Assembly (NCBI RefSeq): GCF_009914755.1
Contig: NC_060927.1
Strand: one strand, 5' to 3'
Length of the DNA stretch: 64,000 nucleotides
Origin: the human T2T-CHM13v2.0 reference genome, Homo sapiens
A program made the position numbers and the translations under genes. Position 1 is the stretch's first letter; each line of letters opens with the position of its first letter. Under the pieces are notes generated by a model, which had not been told where the DNA came from, did no database searches, and saw nothing but the letters and a program-made list of their open reading frames with translations. Of this stretch, positions 28,683 through 42,200 are shown in pieces.

Positions 28683-30884
28683 GCCATTGTTCACAGATGT
28701 GGCTCCCTGTGCTCCCCCCTCCCAGCCGCACCCATCATTCATTGCTTGTGTGAACCCCCCCTTGACAGGGAGGGATTTAAGGAAAGGGTTAATGCCTCCA
28801 CCTCAAACCTTCGGTGATATTGTTCATGACTCTCACATCCTGGTTTTGTCACAAGTCACTGGAAAGTGGGTGGGAGGGCAAAACTGTATCAATTGCAAAG
28901 ACTCCTTACAGTTTGGCTGCTCAGGAGACACCCCCAGAGCCCAGGATGGGGTTCCTGGAAAGCTCAAGAAGGAGCGTGGTGAGCAGCTCTGGCCACTGCA
29001 TGGAATAGAACGTGGAAGGTAGGGAGAGGGCTGGTGGTCTCCAGGAGAAGGGTTGGGCTGGCAATGGAAGGCTTCCTCCCTCAGCAGGTATCTGAGCAGG
29101 CCTAGGCTGGAAGGCAGAGGGCTGAGCCCTCAGGGTTCTGCTCACATCGGGTCCTTGCCGACCCAGAGGCTCAGGACCACTTCTCTGCGTGGTCCCTCCT
29201 CATGCTGGGGTGCCCTGAGAGGCTCTTCCTTTCCAGGACTTTTCTTTGCACATAAATGCCAAGTGACTCACTGTCATGTTCCAGTGGAAAGTCCTTAACC
29301 CAAGGCTGCCAGTTGCTTGGTTGGAGGTGGAGGAGTGTGGTTGGCCAGCGATTTCAGCAGAGTCATGCTTACTGAGTGAAGGGTGCCGGAAGGGGGAGGT
29401 CCTAAGGGACATCCTCTCTTGCCCCAAGGCTAGTCAGCACCATGAGGGAAGACTCAGGTCATGATTTCAAGGACATTCATTCCTTCAGAGATGACACCTG
29501 GTGTTTCCTCTGCAGGTGGACATCACACCAGCCCAAGACAACAGCCTCCTCACTAGCCTCTGTGCCTCCTGGATACCTCTCTGTACCATCTGGGGACCAG
29601 CTCTCTGCATGTCACTCTCTTGCTCAAAAGCCTTCAGTGGTGGCTCCCTAGTGCTTTGTGAAATCAAGTCCAACCTCCTTAGCCTGGCATTGGAGGCCCT
29701 TCACGATCTGGCTCTTGGCCAGCGTTCACGCTCACCTACCACAACTTCTTTCCTTGTTTGTAGTCTGGCTGGTTTCTGCTCCTAGCTAGACCAAGCGTCC
29801 AGCTCTCTCAGCCCTGCCCATGCTGGTCCCTCAGCCCGCAAGGCCCTTCCTCCCATCACTCCTTATTCCCACTCTTAAGGGGCGAGCTTGGAGCTGCCTG
29901 CTCTGGGAAGCATTCCTTGAGCCTCTTAACAGTGCCTGGCACGTAGTAAGCACTCAAAAAAGATGACGTGAGTTAAAGTGGACTTCAGCTCGCCCTGCTC
30001 TGAGCCTTGTGGTCCTTTCCTCTGGCCTGAGCTCGGACCTTTATGGTCTTACCTTATACCCATGCACTTGACTGGGGACACATCAAGGGGAGGGATGGAT
30101 GCTCCAGCATCCAGCCTAGGGGTGTGGCACACAGTTGTTGCTCAACATACAAATCAAGAGAGCCTAATTCCTTCTACTCTGAAATGGGAACCTATGGTTT
30201 GAACATCTGAGTGGCTCCAGGCTTGGAAATTATATTCACCTGTCACCATCCATCAATCCATCCATCCATCTCACAAATATTCACTTGTTCCAGGCCCTGT
30301 CCTAGGCCCTGGGGATGTGGCTGGTGAACAAGACAGACCAAACTGTACCCTCATGGAGCTGTCTGTCTGGCAGGGCTATGGACGTCAGACAAAAGATTAC
30401 ACATGCATGGCTAATGCCCTTTTAAAATCAAAGGCCCTGCATCAGGCACTGCAACACCAGGCTTAGAATACCCCTGTCCTCTGGCTTGCTCTGTGACCTA
30501 AGTGAGTCCTTTCTCCTCCCTGGCCCTGTAAGGGGTGGCCCAGATAGGTTTTGTGTTTAAGGGAAATACCTTCTGAATAAAGGGAGGAAAGACCATTCTA
30601 TCCATTGTGGAAGCGCGTGCCACCACACGGGGTGCTGTTCCTGCGGGACTCCTTTAAGGATGCAGTCATCCTCTTGGTGGTTTTTCAAGATGTCCTAGCC
30701 CTGGCTCTGAAAGGAGGTGTCCCGATTTGGGGACAGGAGTTCCAGAGTTACTCTGAGCAGAGCTGTAGCAACAGGCTTTTAGTAAAGAACGTTGCCTCGA
30801 GGAACAATAATGTGGATTCCTCTTCTGCCACTGGTAGAATATCAATTAGAACAGACTTTTAAAAAAAGAAAAGCAAAAACTCGT

Positions 30885-31140
30885 CCAGGTGTGGTGGCTC
30901 ACGCCTGTAATCCCAGTATTTTGGGAGACTGAGGCAGGTGGATTGCTTGAGCTCAGGAGTTCGAGACCAGCCTGGGCAACATGGCAAAACCCCATCTCTA
31001 AAAAAATGCAAAAATTCGCCGGGTGTGGTGGCACGCACCTGTAGTCCCAGCTATTTGGGAGGATGAGCCTGGTAGGCAGAGATTGTACTGAGCTGAGATC
31101 GTGCCACCGCACTCCAGCCTGGGTGACAACAGTGAGACAG
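30885..31140 (+). mobile_element. Alu (J-like), no tail
   Basis: Consensus with an internal deletion; abuts a MER5-like piece. Confidence 0.88.
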
Positions 31141-32413
31141 CAGGCCTAAGTGGGGCCTGGGGCCCTGAATTTCTAACCAAATCCCAGGCACTGTGGACGG
31201 TGCTGGTCTGGGGACCACTCTTTGAGTCAAGGAGATAAATAGTGCAGTTGTGAGCCTCCTATACATTAAAAGCCAGATCCTGTGCTTCGTCAACTCCTCT
31301 TCTTAATCCTCACCAAAGACACCACTATTCCCATTTTGCACATGAAGACCCGAGGCCCTGCTGAGGGCAGGTAACTTGCCCAAGGTCACACAGCTGGGAG
31401 CCTGCCGGCATTCGTGCTGGGCCAGCGCCACCTTGGAAAGGTTGCTGTTGGGGAAGCCTTTCACTACTGAACAGTGTCCTCGCTCCAAAAGCCACAGGAG
31501 GCTTTTCAAGGCAGCCAAGTCGGATGTAAATCAGGGGAGAGCCCAGGGCTAGCCAGGCTGCTGACAGCAGGGCGGCCTGGGTCACTGTGTCCGGACAAGG
31601 CCCACAGCGGGATTTGGGGCTGGCATGATGCCTGGGAGTGGGGGAGCCACTGGGGATGCTCTGGGCGCCTGGAAAACCAGCCTGGAGCCTGCTGGAGCCC
31701 AAGGAAGCACCTTAGCCTCTGACAGCCTCCCCCATTATTTAAATACATTCCAGGGAACACAGCTGGCTGGAAGGGGCAGTGATGGGACCACAGGAGCTGG
31801 GACCTGCTGCTTCCGTTGTTTAAAGGCTGGTTCATCCCTGCAGCCACGCAGGCATTCTCCGTAATCGCCGTCTGCTTTGAGGACAGAGAGGTCGTGGTCT
31901 TCTGCTGGCTGGGGCTTTATTTTTGCACTGAGCACCTGTCCTCAGCAAACTGGGAAAAGTAGAACACGTAGTGACTCTGAGTCCTCAAAATGCTGTCCCT
32001 GGCCCAGCAGTATGGGCATCACGTGGGAGCCTGCAGAATGCAGAACCTCAGGCCCCACCCCAGACCTTCTCATTTAGACCTTGGGGGCAGGGCTCCGCAT
32101 TCTGGGTTTTCAAGAGCCCTCCAGGCAATTCTGCTTTGTATTTAACTTTGGGAAGGGCTGATGACCTCTCTGGCTGTGTGCCTGGGGCCGGGGGTGGGGC
32201 TGGGGGAAGGGTCAGGCCTAATCCTTGCCCGTGATAACTAGAGTGCCAGGGCTGCGGGAACCTCAGGTGTTCTGTCATCTGCATCCTTCCTCTTTTTTAT
32301 AATGGGAGGAGTGTGTCAGAGACATGCATAAAATTACGCAGCAAGTTCAAGGCAGGGTATAGGTCTGGATTCTTATCTTGCAAATGGCAGAAATCAGTTC
32401 AAACAGACTTCAG

Positions 32414-32488
32414 TTTTATTTTTTTTATTTATTTATTTTTGAGATGAGTCTTTCTGTGTCTCCCAGGCATGAGTCACCACACCCGGCC
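32414..32488 (-). mobile_element. Internally deleted mini-Alu
   Basis: Alu tail and 3' end fused to the Alu 5' head. Confidence 0.8.
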
Positions 32489-33006
32489 TAAACTGACATT
32501 AAAAATAAAAAAGAACATTTACTGACTCTTTTAACTTAAAAGCCTGGGGCCATACTTCAGCCTGGGGCTGAGTCCAGGTGCTGAAAGATGTCATCGGGAC
32601 TCAGTTTCCTTCTCTCTGTCTCCCGGCTCCGGGTCTCTCTATGCCTGCTTCATTCTCCATGGATGCCCTAGCTGCTCACCAGTGTAGTGCCGCCCCCTGC
32701 CCCAATGTAGCCATCTCAACCAAGAAAGAGCCTTGTTTTTCCCCAATATTTTTGGCAAAAGTCCTAGTCATCACTGTTTTTGACCAGGCTGGTCAAGTGC
32801 CTATCTTTGAGCCAATCAAGACAGCCCCCTCTGATTGGCTAGGGCTGGCTCACGTGCCCACCTAGGAGGAGGAGGTGGGGTCAGTCCATCTAGACCCCTT
32901 GGGCTGAGAGCAGGCCTATGTGGGTCTCCTCCTGGAACAGGTTTAAGCTGTCCCCAGAAGGGGCATGGGTGCCAGCAGGCTAGACATATGGACTTTAGTG
33001 CTATTC

Positions 33007-33310
<304 letters not shown>

Positions 33311-34557
33311 TTAGTGCCATTCTTATCCTCCTCTCTGAGATGGGCTGGCCTCTTGTAATTGGTAAGGTTTTGCCCTATGCAGAATTATGCTGTCCTTCCT
33401 CTGATTCTCTTAACCTCGTGCTTTAAACAGGCTGCCTTCATCTTTCACTTTATCCCACTTCCCTGTGTATGGTCTAGGATAGCAAGGTTTACGTTGCTAC
33501 TTCCACCACCCAAACCCACAGCAGACATCACTAATCCAGCCCAGACTTCACAGAGCCTAGAATGAAGCCTTGATGGCCTCTCATGTGCCCAGCCTCTAGC
33601 CGGTGGTTCCAGGCCTCATGAGCTCAGGGACCTTGGCTCTGTCATCCACTGCTGAGCTTCATGTGCCCAGTGCAGTGCCTGGCACAGTAAGTGCACCATA
33701 AGTTGTTGACTGACTGTTCCTACTCCACAGTGCCTTGTACCCAGTGGGTGCCAGTGTGAGCCTGTTGAATGTGGAGGCCCTAACAAAGCAATGAGATCAT
33801 CTAATTTGGGGGACAGGGAGCTCTGTAGGCTGCCGGGACTGGCATTTACTGACACTGGCAAGTGCGCCTCTGGGTCTGGGAAGGAGGCTGCCAGGGCAGG
33901 GCTACAGCTACAGCAAGGAAAGGGGTCCTGGAGGCCTCTGTCTGCTCTCCCAGACCCACCCTCCCATGCCCTCTCCCCCTGAGACACCCACTGCCCATTT
34001 CTGCTGATCCCAGTTTAACAGTTCATTGAAAATATCTCATTTGAGAAGAAATGATTTCCTGACTTTGTACACTTAGATTCCAGGAATCCAGGAGAGCCTT
34101 CCAGCCTCAGGGCAAGGAGCTTTGCTGGTAGGAGGAGGTGATCTGCCCCCAGCTGCCTATTTCCCAAACTGAGCTTCTACTGAAAAAGACAACAGAACCC
34201 CCCCGCTCCAAAAAAAGTCTTCTGGGTTAGTCACGTCCGGGACTGCTTGGCTCAGCAAAGCTCAGCAGATTTCCTAGGCACAGTGATTCTCGCCCCTGAA
34301 CTGGTTGGTGAATACCACATCCCCCAAGGATCTTCTCTGAGGCCCCTCACTCTGGCCCTGGTGTGTCCCTGCGCCCCTTGGGAATAGTCAGGCTATGTGA
34401 CTGAGCTGGTGGGGCGCTCAGGAGTGTGGGCTTTCTGTGGCTAGGGCTGTGGAACAGCTTACCCATTTGCAGCTGAAACCTTGTTCCCCTCTGACCAAGG
34501 GCAATGTGATGGTTCTTGCTGCTGACTAAGTTTTGGGGACCCTGCATCCAAGAGAGG

Positions 34558-34745
34558 GGCGTGTGTGAGTGAGTGGGAGTGCATGTGTGAGTGTGTGTCC
34601 CATGTGGGTCTGTGTGTGGCTGTGAACATGTGTGTGGCTGACACAGGCAAGTGTGTGGGGCTGGGAGTCTGCATATGATTACACTTGTGTCTGTGCGTCT
34701 GCATGTGAGCTTGTGTTGGCATGTGTGAGTATGCATGTGTGAGCC
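34558..34745. repeat. Degenerate TG-rich low-complexity tract upstream of exon 2
   Basis: Directly visible. Confidence 0.8.
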
Positions 34746-34896
34746 TCAGCGTCCTGGCCTTCCAAGGGGTTTGGTCAGCCCCTCCCCAGCACACACGTCT
34801 GGTGGTTACAAGTGGGTGGACAATTAGGGGCCCTGTGCACAGTCTGCCTCTGACCAGATCTCTTTCTTCCGTCTTCGCTTCCTCTCTTTGCAATAG

Positions 34897-34938
34897 ATCC
34901 AGAACCAGAACCACAGCCCTTCTGAGGAGCTCCCAAAC
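34897..34938 (+). other. SLC6A6: Non-coding exon 2 (42 nt)
   Basis: Long pyrimidine tract + AATAG acceptor (34861-34896) and perfect GTAAGT donor at 34939; matches the SLC6A6 5'UTR as I recall it. Confidence 0.88.
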
Positions 34939-35332
34939 GTAAGTGACCTTGGACCTCCAGGTGGGATGGGTGTCTCACACGTTGTGCAGTGACCCAAGGT
35001 GGGGGGCTCAGGAGCTCCGTGTCTCCCCCAGGCTCTAGGAGGACAAGACGGGACCCCTGAGGCCCACAGACCTTGTCCACACCTCACCTCCAGGTGGCAG
35101 ATCCCCTGGCCTGGCTTGGCCACTCTGTGCCTGCTTGGTCCCCAGCCAGTCTGTGCCAGAGGGCACAGGGACGCCCTGCAAATGGGCCAAGCACTGGTTT
35201 TGGAGATCCAGCCTGTGCCCTGTCCTGGCTCTGCTGCAGAGTAGCCTGGGGCAAGTCTGCCGTGGGGAGGATGCCCTCACTGAGTTGATTCTGAGGATTG
35301 GGGTCTGAGCTTGGCTCTGTCTCTGTTAAAGG

Positions 35333-35538
35333 TTTGTTTTTGTTTTGAGACAGGGTCACACTCTGTCGCCTACGCTGGGGTGCAGTGGTGTCATCAGGGC
35401 TCACTGCAGCCTCGATCTCCCCAGGTTCAGGTGATCCTCCCACCCCAGCCTCCCTAGCAGCTGGCACTACAGGCGCGTGCCGCCGTGCCCAGCTTATTTT
35501 TGTATTTTTTGGAGTAACGGGGTTTCACGATGTTGTCA
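35333..35538 (-). mobile_element. Alu (J-like) right arm and linker
   Basis: Antisense; truncated in the left arm. Confidence 0.88.
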
Positions 35539-35690
35539 AGGGCACAGTGGCTCACGCCTCCAATCCCTGCACTTTGGGAGGCCAAGGCAGGAGGATTGCT
35601 TGAGGCCAGGAGCTCGAGACCAGCGTGGGCAACATAATGAGCCCCATCTCAGCAAAAATTAAAAATAATATAAATAAAATTATAAATAAA
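35539..35690 (+). mobile_element. Alu left monomer
   Basis: Sense left arm with an A-rich end. Confidence 0.85.
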
Positions 35691-35934
35691 CAAGTAAAAT
35701 GGAAAACCTTTGCTAAAGTTGCAAGAGTATTACAGTGGCCTCGCATTATGCCCTTCGTTGAGATTTTCCCATGGGTAACATTTGCCACATTCGCTTCATC
35801 TCTTTCTCACTAATATGTTAAATAAAAACAGTCACGTGAACATTCTTCCATTTTTGCTGAATCATTGGGGAGTAAATTGCAGGCATGATGCCCCTTCACC
35901 TCAATCCTTCAGGCCTTTCATAAGAGCAAGGCCA

Positions 35935-36273
<339 letters not shown>

Positions 36274-37179
36274 CTACCCCAGGACACTGATTTAACATTG
36301 ACGTGATTCTGTTATCTGTGGATCTTAATGGCATTGCACTGATTGTCTCAGTGTTTACAGCAGCCTTATTTTTCTTTTAGTTCAGGATCGTCATTATGTT
36401 TTTAAAAAGGGTTTAAGGGATGTCTCCTTCGCTGATTAAGACATTGCCTGCTCTAGGGGCTTTCAGAGTCTTATTTAATCCTCAGCGTTCATTAAATACA
36501 TTTTACAATGGGATGTGGCCTGCGTGTGCATGTACACAAACACACACGTCAAACTCAAACCCTGAAATTGAAGTTTCTCAGATCATCCTCGTACTCGCCG
36601 TCTGCTGTGCTCTGGTCTGCTCTGTCTTCCTTTAGTAAAAAAGATGGCCTTGACCCCTTACATTGATGTCAAGACCCACTGTGGACTCTGCTTTGGAATT
36701 AGAAAACCCTGGCTTCCTGGGCAGAAATTTCTAAGGGGGAAGGTTAAGCTCCCACTGGTCCAGGGTTCGGATTGGTTGGAGTGGGGTCCCCTGTGAAGCC
36801 GGGACTAGGCAAGCGTTTGTTTGTGGCCCAGAGCTCCTCAACCTGCTGCTGCTAGCAGCTGGACCAAGTCCTTCCTTTTCATCAAGCTCAGCTGGCCTAG
36901 GTTGCTTGGTCACAAGCAGCCCCACCCCATGGAGACATATTCTTTGTGCTGTGACATCGGGCAGGGGTGTGTACCCAGCCAGCCACTGGGCAGGCATGGA
37001 GGTGACCTACTCGACGTCAGCCTCCACAGGCGTCATCATAATAGTTATAGACGTCAATAATAATGATTGCTACCGCTTCCTGGACTCAGCATGCTCATAT
37101 ACTGCCGAGAGGTTTACTGTGTTAACTCTGTCAACCCAAAGAAGTGGGTGTGCTCTTACTCTTTTTGAAAAAATATGAG

Positions 37180-37385
37180 AAATTCATTGAGCGCTTATTG
37201 CACATCAGGCACTGCTAAACACGTCACAGACTCATGCACAGCCTCCTCAGGAGCCTTGTGAGGTGGGCGCTGATGTCATCCCTATTGTACAGATCAGAAA
37301 ACTGAGGCTTGGAGAGATGAATTGATTGTTTCCAAGACTACACAGCTGGGAAGGATTTGAACCTGATTGAGCTGACTCTAGCCCA
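37180..37385 (-). mobile_element. MIR
   Basis: ccctattgtacagatcagaaaactgaggcttggagag...ggatttgaacc. Confidence 0.7.
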
Positions 37386-38637
37386 CTTCCTCAGGCTGGG
37401 AACGGCCTCTGGGCCCAGCCCCTTCCCCTTCCCCCGGGACTTCCTCCTGGTTAATGAGTAGTCAAAGCACCTGGGAAATGAGGCTCCTGCTGCCGTGAGG
37501 CTGGAATGTGAGTTCTGCTTCCAGATAGAGTCTTGTGCAAGGGGCCCTGCCTGGGATGGGCTGTTACAGGCAGTAAACAGAGGTTGCCAATGTTCCTCTT
37601 TTTGAGGCTTGCTGATGTATTTGCGCTTGGGAGCCCATTTTATAGAAAAGGCTGAGAGGCAGATTTGCCCTCAGACTTATCTGATGCTCCTCCAAGCAGC
37701 GCTCTTGGCTTAACACTTTCTGAAAGGGCTCCTCGGCCCCCTGACATGGCAGGGGTGTCTAGAGGAACAGGGTGGAAGAACAGACCTTGTCAGCTCTGAA
37801 GTCTGAGCACTGCTAGGTGTGCGCCCTCCTCACTGGGCACGTCACTTGAGGGCTCTGACCTTCAGGTTCTCATCTGAGAAGGGGCATGATGTGGACATGG
37901 GAATGTGTGTTAGTTGTTCAGCAGAGCCTGAACTATTAATGGACCAGCCCAAAAAAGTATTGCTGACAGGGGGCAACCCATGTAGTGGAGTCCATGGAGC
38001 TGGGGAGTCAGGCAGTCCCTAGTTCAAATCTCTGTTCCAGCCCTGCCGGCTTCGTGACCTGGAGGAGTCACAGAACTACCCTGAGCCTCAGGTAACCCAC
38101 CCCTGAAATGGAGCAATAGTGGCACCCAGGAGGGTTAGAAAGACGGTGATACTGGGATTTTGGGGTGGGGGTGACCTCATCACTTTGTAAGCACAGTGAG
38201 GTTAAGTGTGCAAAAGGCCTAGCACATCAGTGCCAAGCACCCCACATGCAATTTCTCATTTTATCCCCCAAGGTGAGCCCCCCCTAGAGCAACTCCCCAC
38301 CCCCTCAGCTATGGGGCTGAGTCCAGAAATCAGATTCACCCTCCCGGTGCCTGGGGCAGCTTAAGGAAGAAAGAAGATTCTTAACAGGGAGACCCTCTCT
38401 GGGCTTGTGGTGAGATCTCCCACGGGGTGTCTGCCCCCATGCCCCGCACCCATTGTAAACTGGTGCATATAGGAGTGTTGATATAACAGGCCCATGACTT
38501 CCAGTGTTGTCAGAAAAGGCCACCTCAGGCCTGTTCAACAGAAGTGCCAACCTCAACATTCGCTTCCTAGAAGGCTCAAGACCGTAATAAAATGATATTT
38601 ATTATTTACTCTGGTTATAAAAGTCATACATTTTTGA

Positions 38638-38830
38638 ACAGGCACAGTGGCTCACGCCTGTAATCCCAGCAGTTTGGGAGGCTGAGGCGGGTGGATCACT
38701 TGAGGTCAGAAGTTCAAGACCAGCCTGGCCAACATGGCAAAACCCCATCTCTACTAAAAATACAAAAATTAGCTGTGCGTGATGGTGCGCACCTGTAGTT
38801 CCAGCTACTCTGGAGGCTGAGGCAAGAGAA
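38638..38830 (+). mobile_element. Alu (S-type), 3'-truncated
   Basis: Ends abruptly at gaggcaagagaa with no tail. Confidence 0.9.
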
Positions 38831-38974
38831 AACAAGCTGCTGGATTTGGCCCAGTGGCCAGTTTGCTGACCTTGTTGTAAGCCATGATTTGTTTGACTAA
38901 AGCAGTGTTTATTTAATTAATCCCATAGTGATGGGAAATTGGCTGGTTACAGTTTCTCTTGTAAACCACTCTGC

Positions 38975-39296
<322 letters not shown>

Positions 39297-42200
39297 TAAC
39301 TTAAAGCTGACCATCTTAACCCCTTGAAAGTGTACAATTCAGTCATGGTAAGTAGATTTAAAGTGTTGTGCCGCCAATTTCCCGAACTTTTTTGTCTGGC
39401 AAAGCTGAAGCCAGTGAACTTCTTTTGAGTGGGCGTCTTTACACGTTGGTCTAAGCAAGAAGTGGGCTTGCTGGTCGAATGGGGTGCACGTGTTTGAGAT
39501 GCTGCATACGTGTTGATGAATCATTGACCCCGCAGGGGTTGCCCTCATTTTCACTCTGGCCTAATATCAGTGACAGCCCTGGAGCATGGAGATGGAGGGG
39601 TGGCACCTCCCTGGGGAGCTCCTGCCTTCGGGACTTTAGGAAACGGGATTTAAAACAATTCATCCCAGAGAAGCAGCCCCCAGTCTGCCAGCCTTTCTCA
39701 TTTGGGGGAGATGAGAAAAAGCCGGTAAGCAAAAAATAGCTCTGAGTACTGGGCCAGACTCGAGGTTGAAAAACATACTCCATCCTCTAGAGATGTACTG
39801 TTAGGACCTGAGCTCAGGGGTCCCGTGAGCCTGAGTGTGAATGTCATTCAGTTTCTACCCTGCTCTGTGACTCTGAGCACATCGTTTAACCTCGCTGTGG
39901 GCTTCAGTGTCCTCTGTCAAAACGGGCCTGATGTAGAAGCTCCCTTCTCTGGTTGTGAGGGTCAGGGAAGAAAAATGGTGAAAGTTAGCAGTTCTAACTG
40001 TGAACGTTAGCTCAGAACGGCACATAGCAGTTCTTCAATAAATGAAGTTAACATCGTTATTGCTCGTAGTATTGTGATTATGTTTGGTGCCTCTATCTCA
40101 GAGAAGTCTGAATATATGCATAGTAATCGCATCTGCAGCCCTCTACAGTTTGCACGGTTTTTCCAGCTTTGATACCTACATCATCTTGTAGGGTAGTTAC
40201 TACTGCCCCCCATTTACAGGTGAGAAAACTGGGGCTCAGGAAGGCAGTGAGAAACTGGAAGTCAGCCACGTGTCAGGACAGGAGCCTGGATTTAGCCCAC
40301 ATCTTTGGCTTTGGTTTTGCACACAGCTGCTGCTGGGAGCTGGGGCCAGGGCAGGCAGGTGCCTCCTCTCTGGCCTCAGCCTCGTGGGAAAGCTTGGGCC
40401 TCAGGTGGAGTGAGGATGTCTTGGGTGCATCTTCCCGTCTCGGCTCTTGGACCCAGCAGGGGTCGGAGGGGGATTTCTTAAGGGAGGGGGCTTTTTCAGA
40501 AATGGACAGGGACTTTCGGGACCATGGCTGCCCACCTCAGTGAAGTCTGAGGGGAGTTCCTGGAAGGCATTTCCATCTGTCCATGTGTTCTAAGTCAGTG
40601 GACAATTAAGTCCAGAAACCTCCTGGACTTAAAAAGCAAGCACCGCCAGGATCCCTGGGGCTGCAGACAGCCTCGGGGGTTTTGGAGGGCTGGCTCCTCA
40701 GGCACCCATGAAGGAAGGTGTCCTGGGGTCAGTATTCAGACCCAAATGCCCGCAGGGACCCTCAGGGTGCCTTTATCTACTCATGTCTCCACACACTTGC
40801 TGGCAGAGCTGGGACAAGTCACTAACCCTCTGTGTGACCTCTGATTCGCCATGGAAAAAAGAGTGAATAGAATAAATCATTTATTCCCAGGGTAGGTTCT
40901 TGGGGTGGCAGTGCCGAGCTTGGGTGAGTCTCCACCCCTTCGATTTAGGAGCCGATGCCCTGGTGCGGATCTCTCCTCTGAGCTGAGCGTCCTCCACTAA
41001 GTCAGGCACAGAGCACGTGCAGCATAGGGCCGGTGTCCAGGCCCCACCCCAGCTTGGCCGCTTAGTGGCTCACCTTCTGGGGGCCTGCATGCAGGCCACC
41101 TTGGCTTCCTGTCATTGCTTCTCACCCCCACCCTCCTCCCAGCCAGAGGTAGAGTTGCATCCCTGCTCTTCAGCCTTTCAATTCCTAGCCCCAGCTTGGC
41201 TCCCACCTCCAAATCCCTACCCTCACTCCTCTTGCTCTGTGGGGTCCCACCTGGGCCATTGTGTTGCAAAGGACTCACGCCTCCTACCTCCTTTGCTACC
41301 TCTGTCACAAGGAGGGGGCTAGGTTCTCATTTATATTTTCTGGGTTGAGTTTTCCTGAGAGCTTCTGCTAGTCTCACAGCCCCTCAAGTCTCTTCTGGGC
41401 ATCCTGCCGGTCCTGGACAAGGGTTCCCAGACAAGGGTCTGTCTCTTGTCCCTTAAGTTACTGGGGACCCAGAGAGACCAGATTCTGATGAGGAATCCAA
41501 GACTGGGTCCACATCAATGAGAAGGAAGCCAGGATTGATTAGCAGTGTCTGTCAAGGGGGCAAGGTGGGAAGAGGTGGCATGTGTGTTGTCCACATGACA
41601 CCCTTAGTAATGGGCATTTGCTTTGGAAAAACTGTAGAGGAACCCAGAGGACTTCAAAAGGACTCTACAGCCAGCAGGCAAGAGGTGTCTTCTGGATAGG
41701 AAGAAGGGGACGAAGTGCCTCTGGAAGGACAGACAGTGTGTCCAGGGGAGGGAGCCCTGCTGTGCCAGGCCTTCTCATGCCTCGGTGTGATCTCACACCT
41801 GGGATGAGTGTGAGACACTCACACATGAATGTTGTGAGACAACATTCATTCACTTAGTAAATATTGAGCAACCACTATACACCAGGCACAGTGCAGTTGG
41901 TAAAGAGCCAGGAGGCTGGACCTTGTCTCAGGTGGGTAGAAGGAAGCTGTTTGTGACTGTGGGCTCATGAGCCTGTCTGCCTCCACCTTTTCATCCACTT
42001 TCCTCATAATAAGCCTCCTGAGGCTCAGAGAAGTACAGTGACCTGCTCAAGGTCACACAGCACCTTGAGACCTCAGGCCTCTGCTCCTCTCAGAACCACC
42101 TTCCTGTTTTGGTGCTGTCAAGAGAATAGTATTTGGTGCTACTTCTTTGGGCAAGTCCATCTTCTGCCTGGGCCTCAGTTGCCCCATCTGTAAAATGGGC

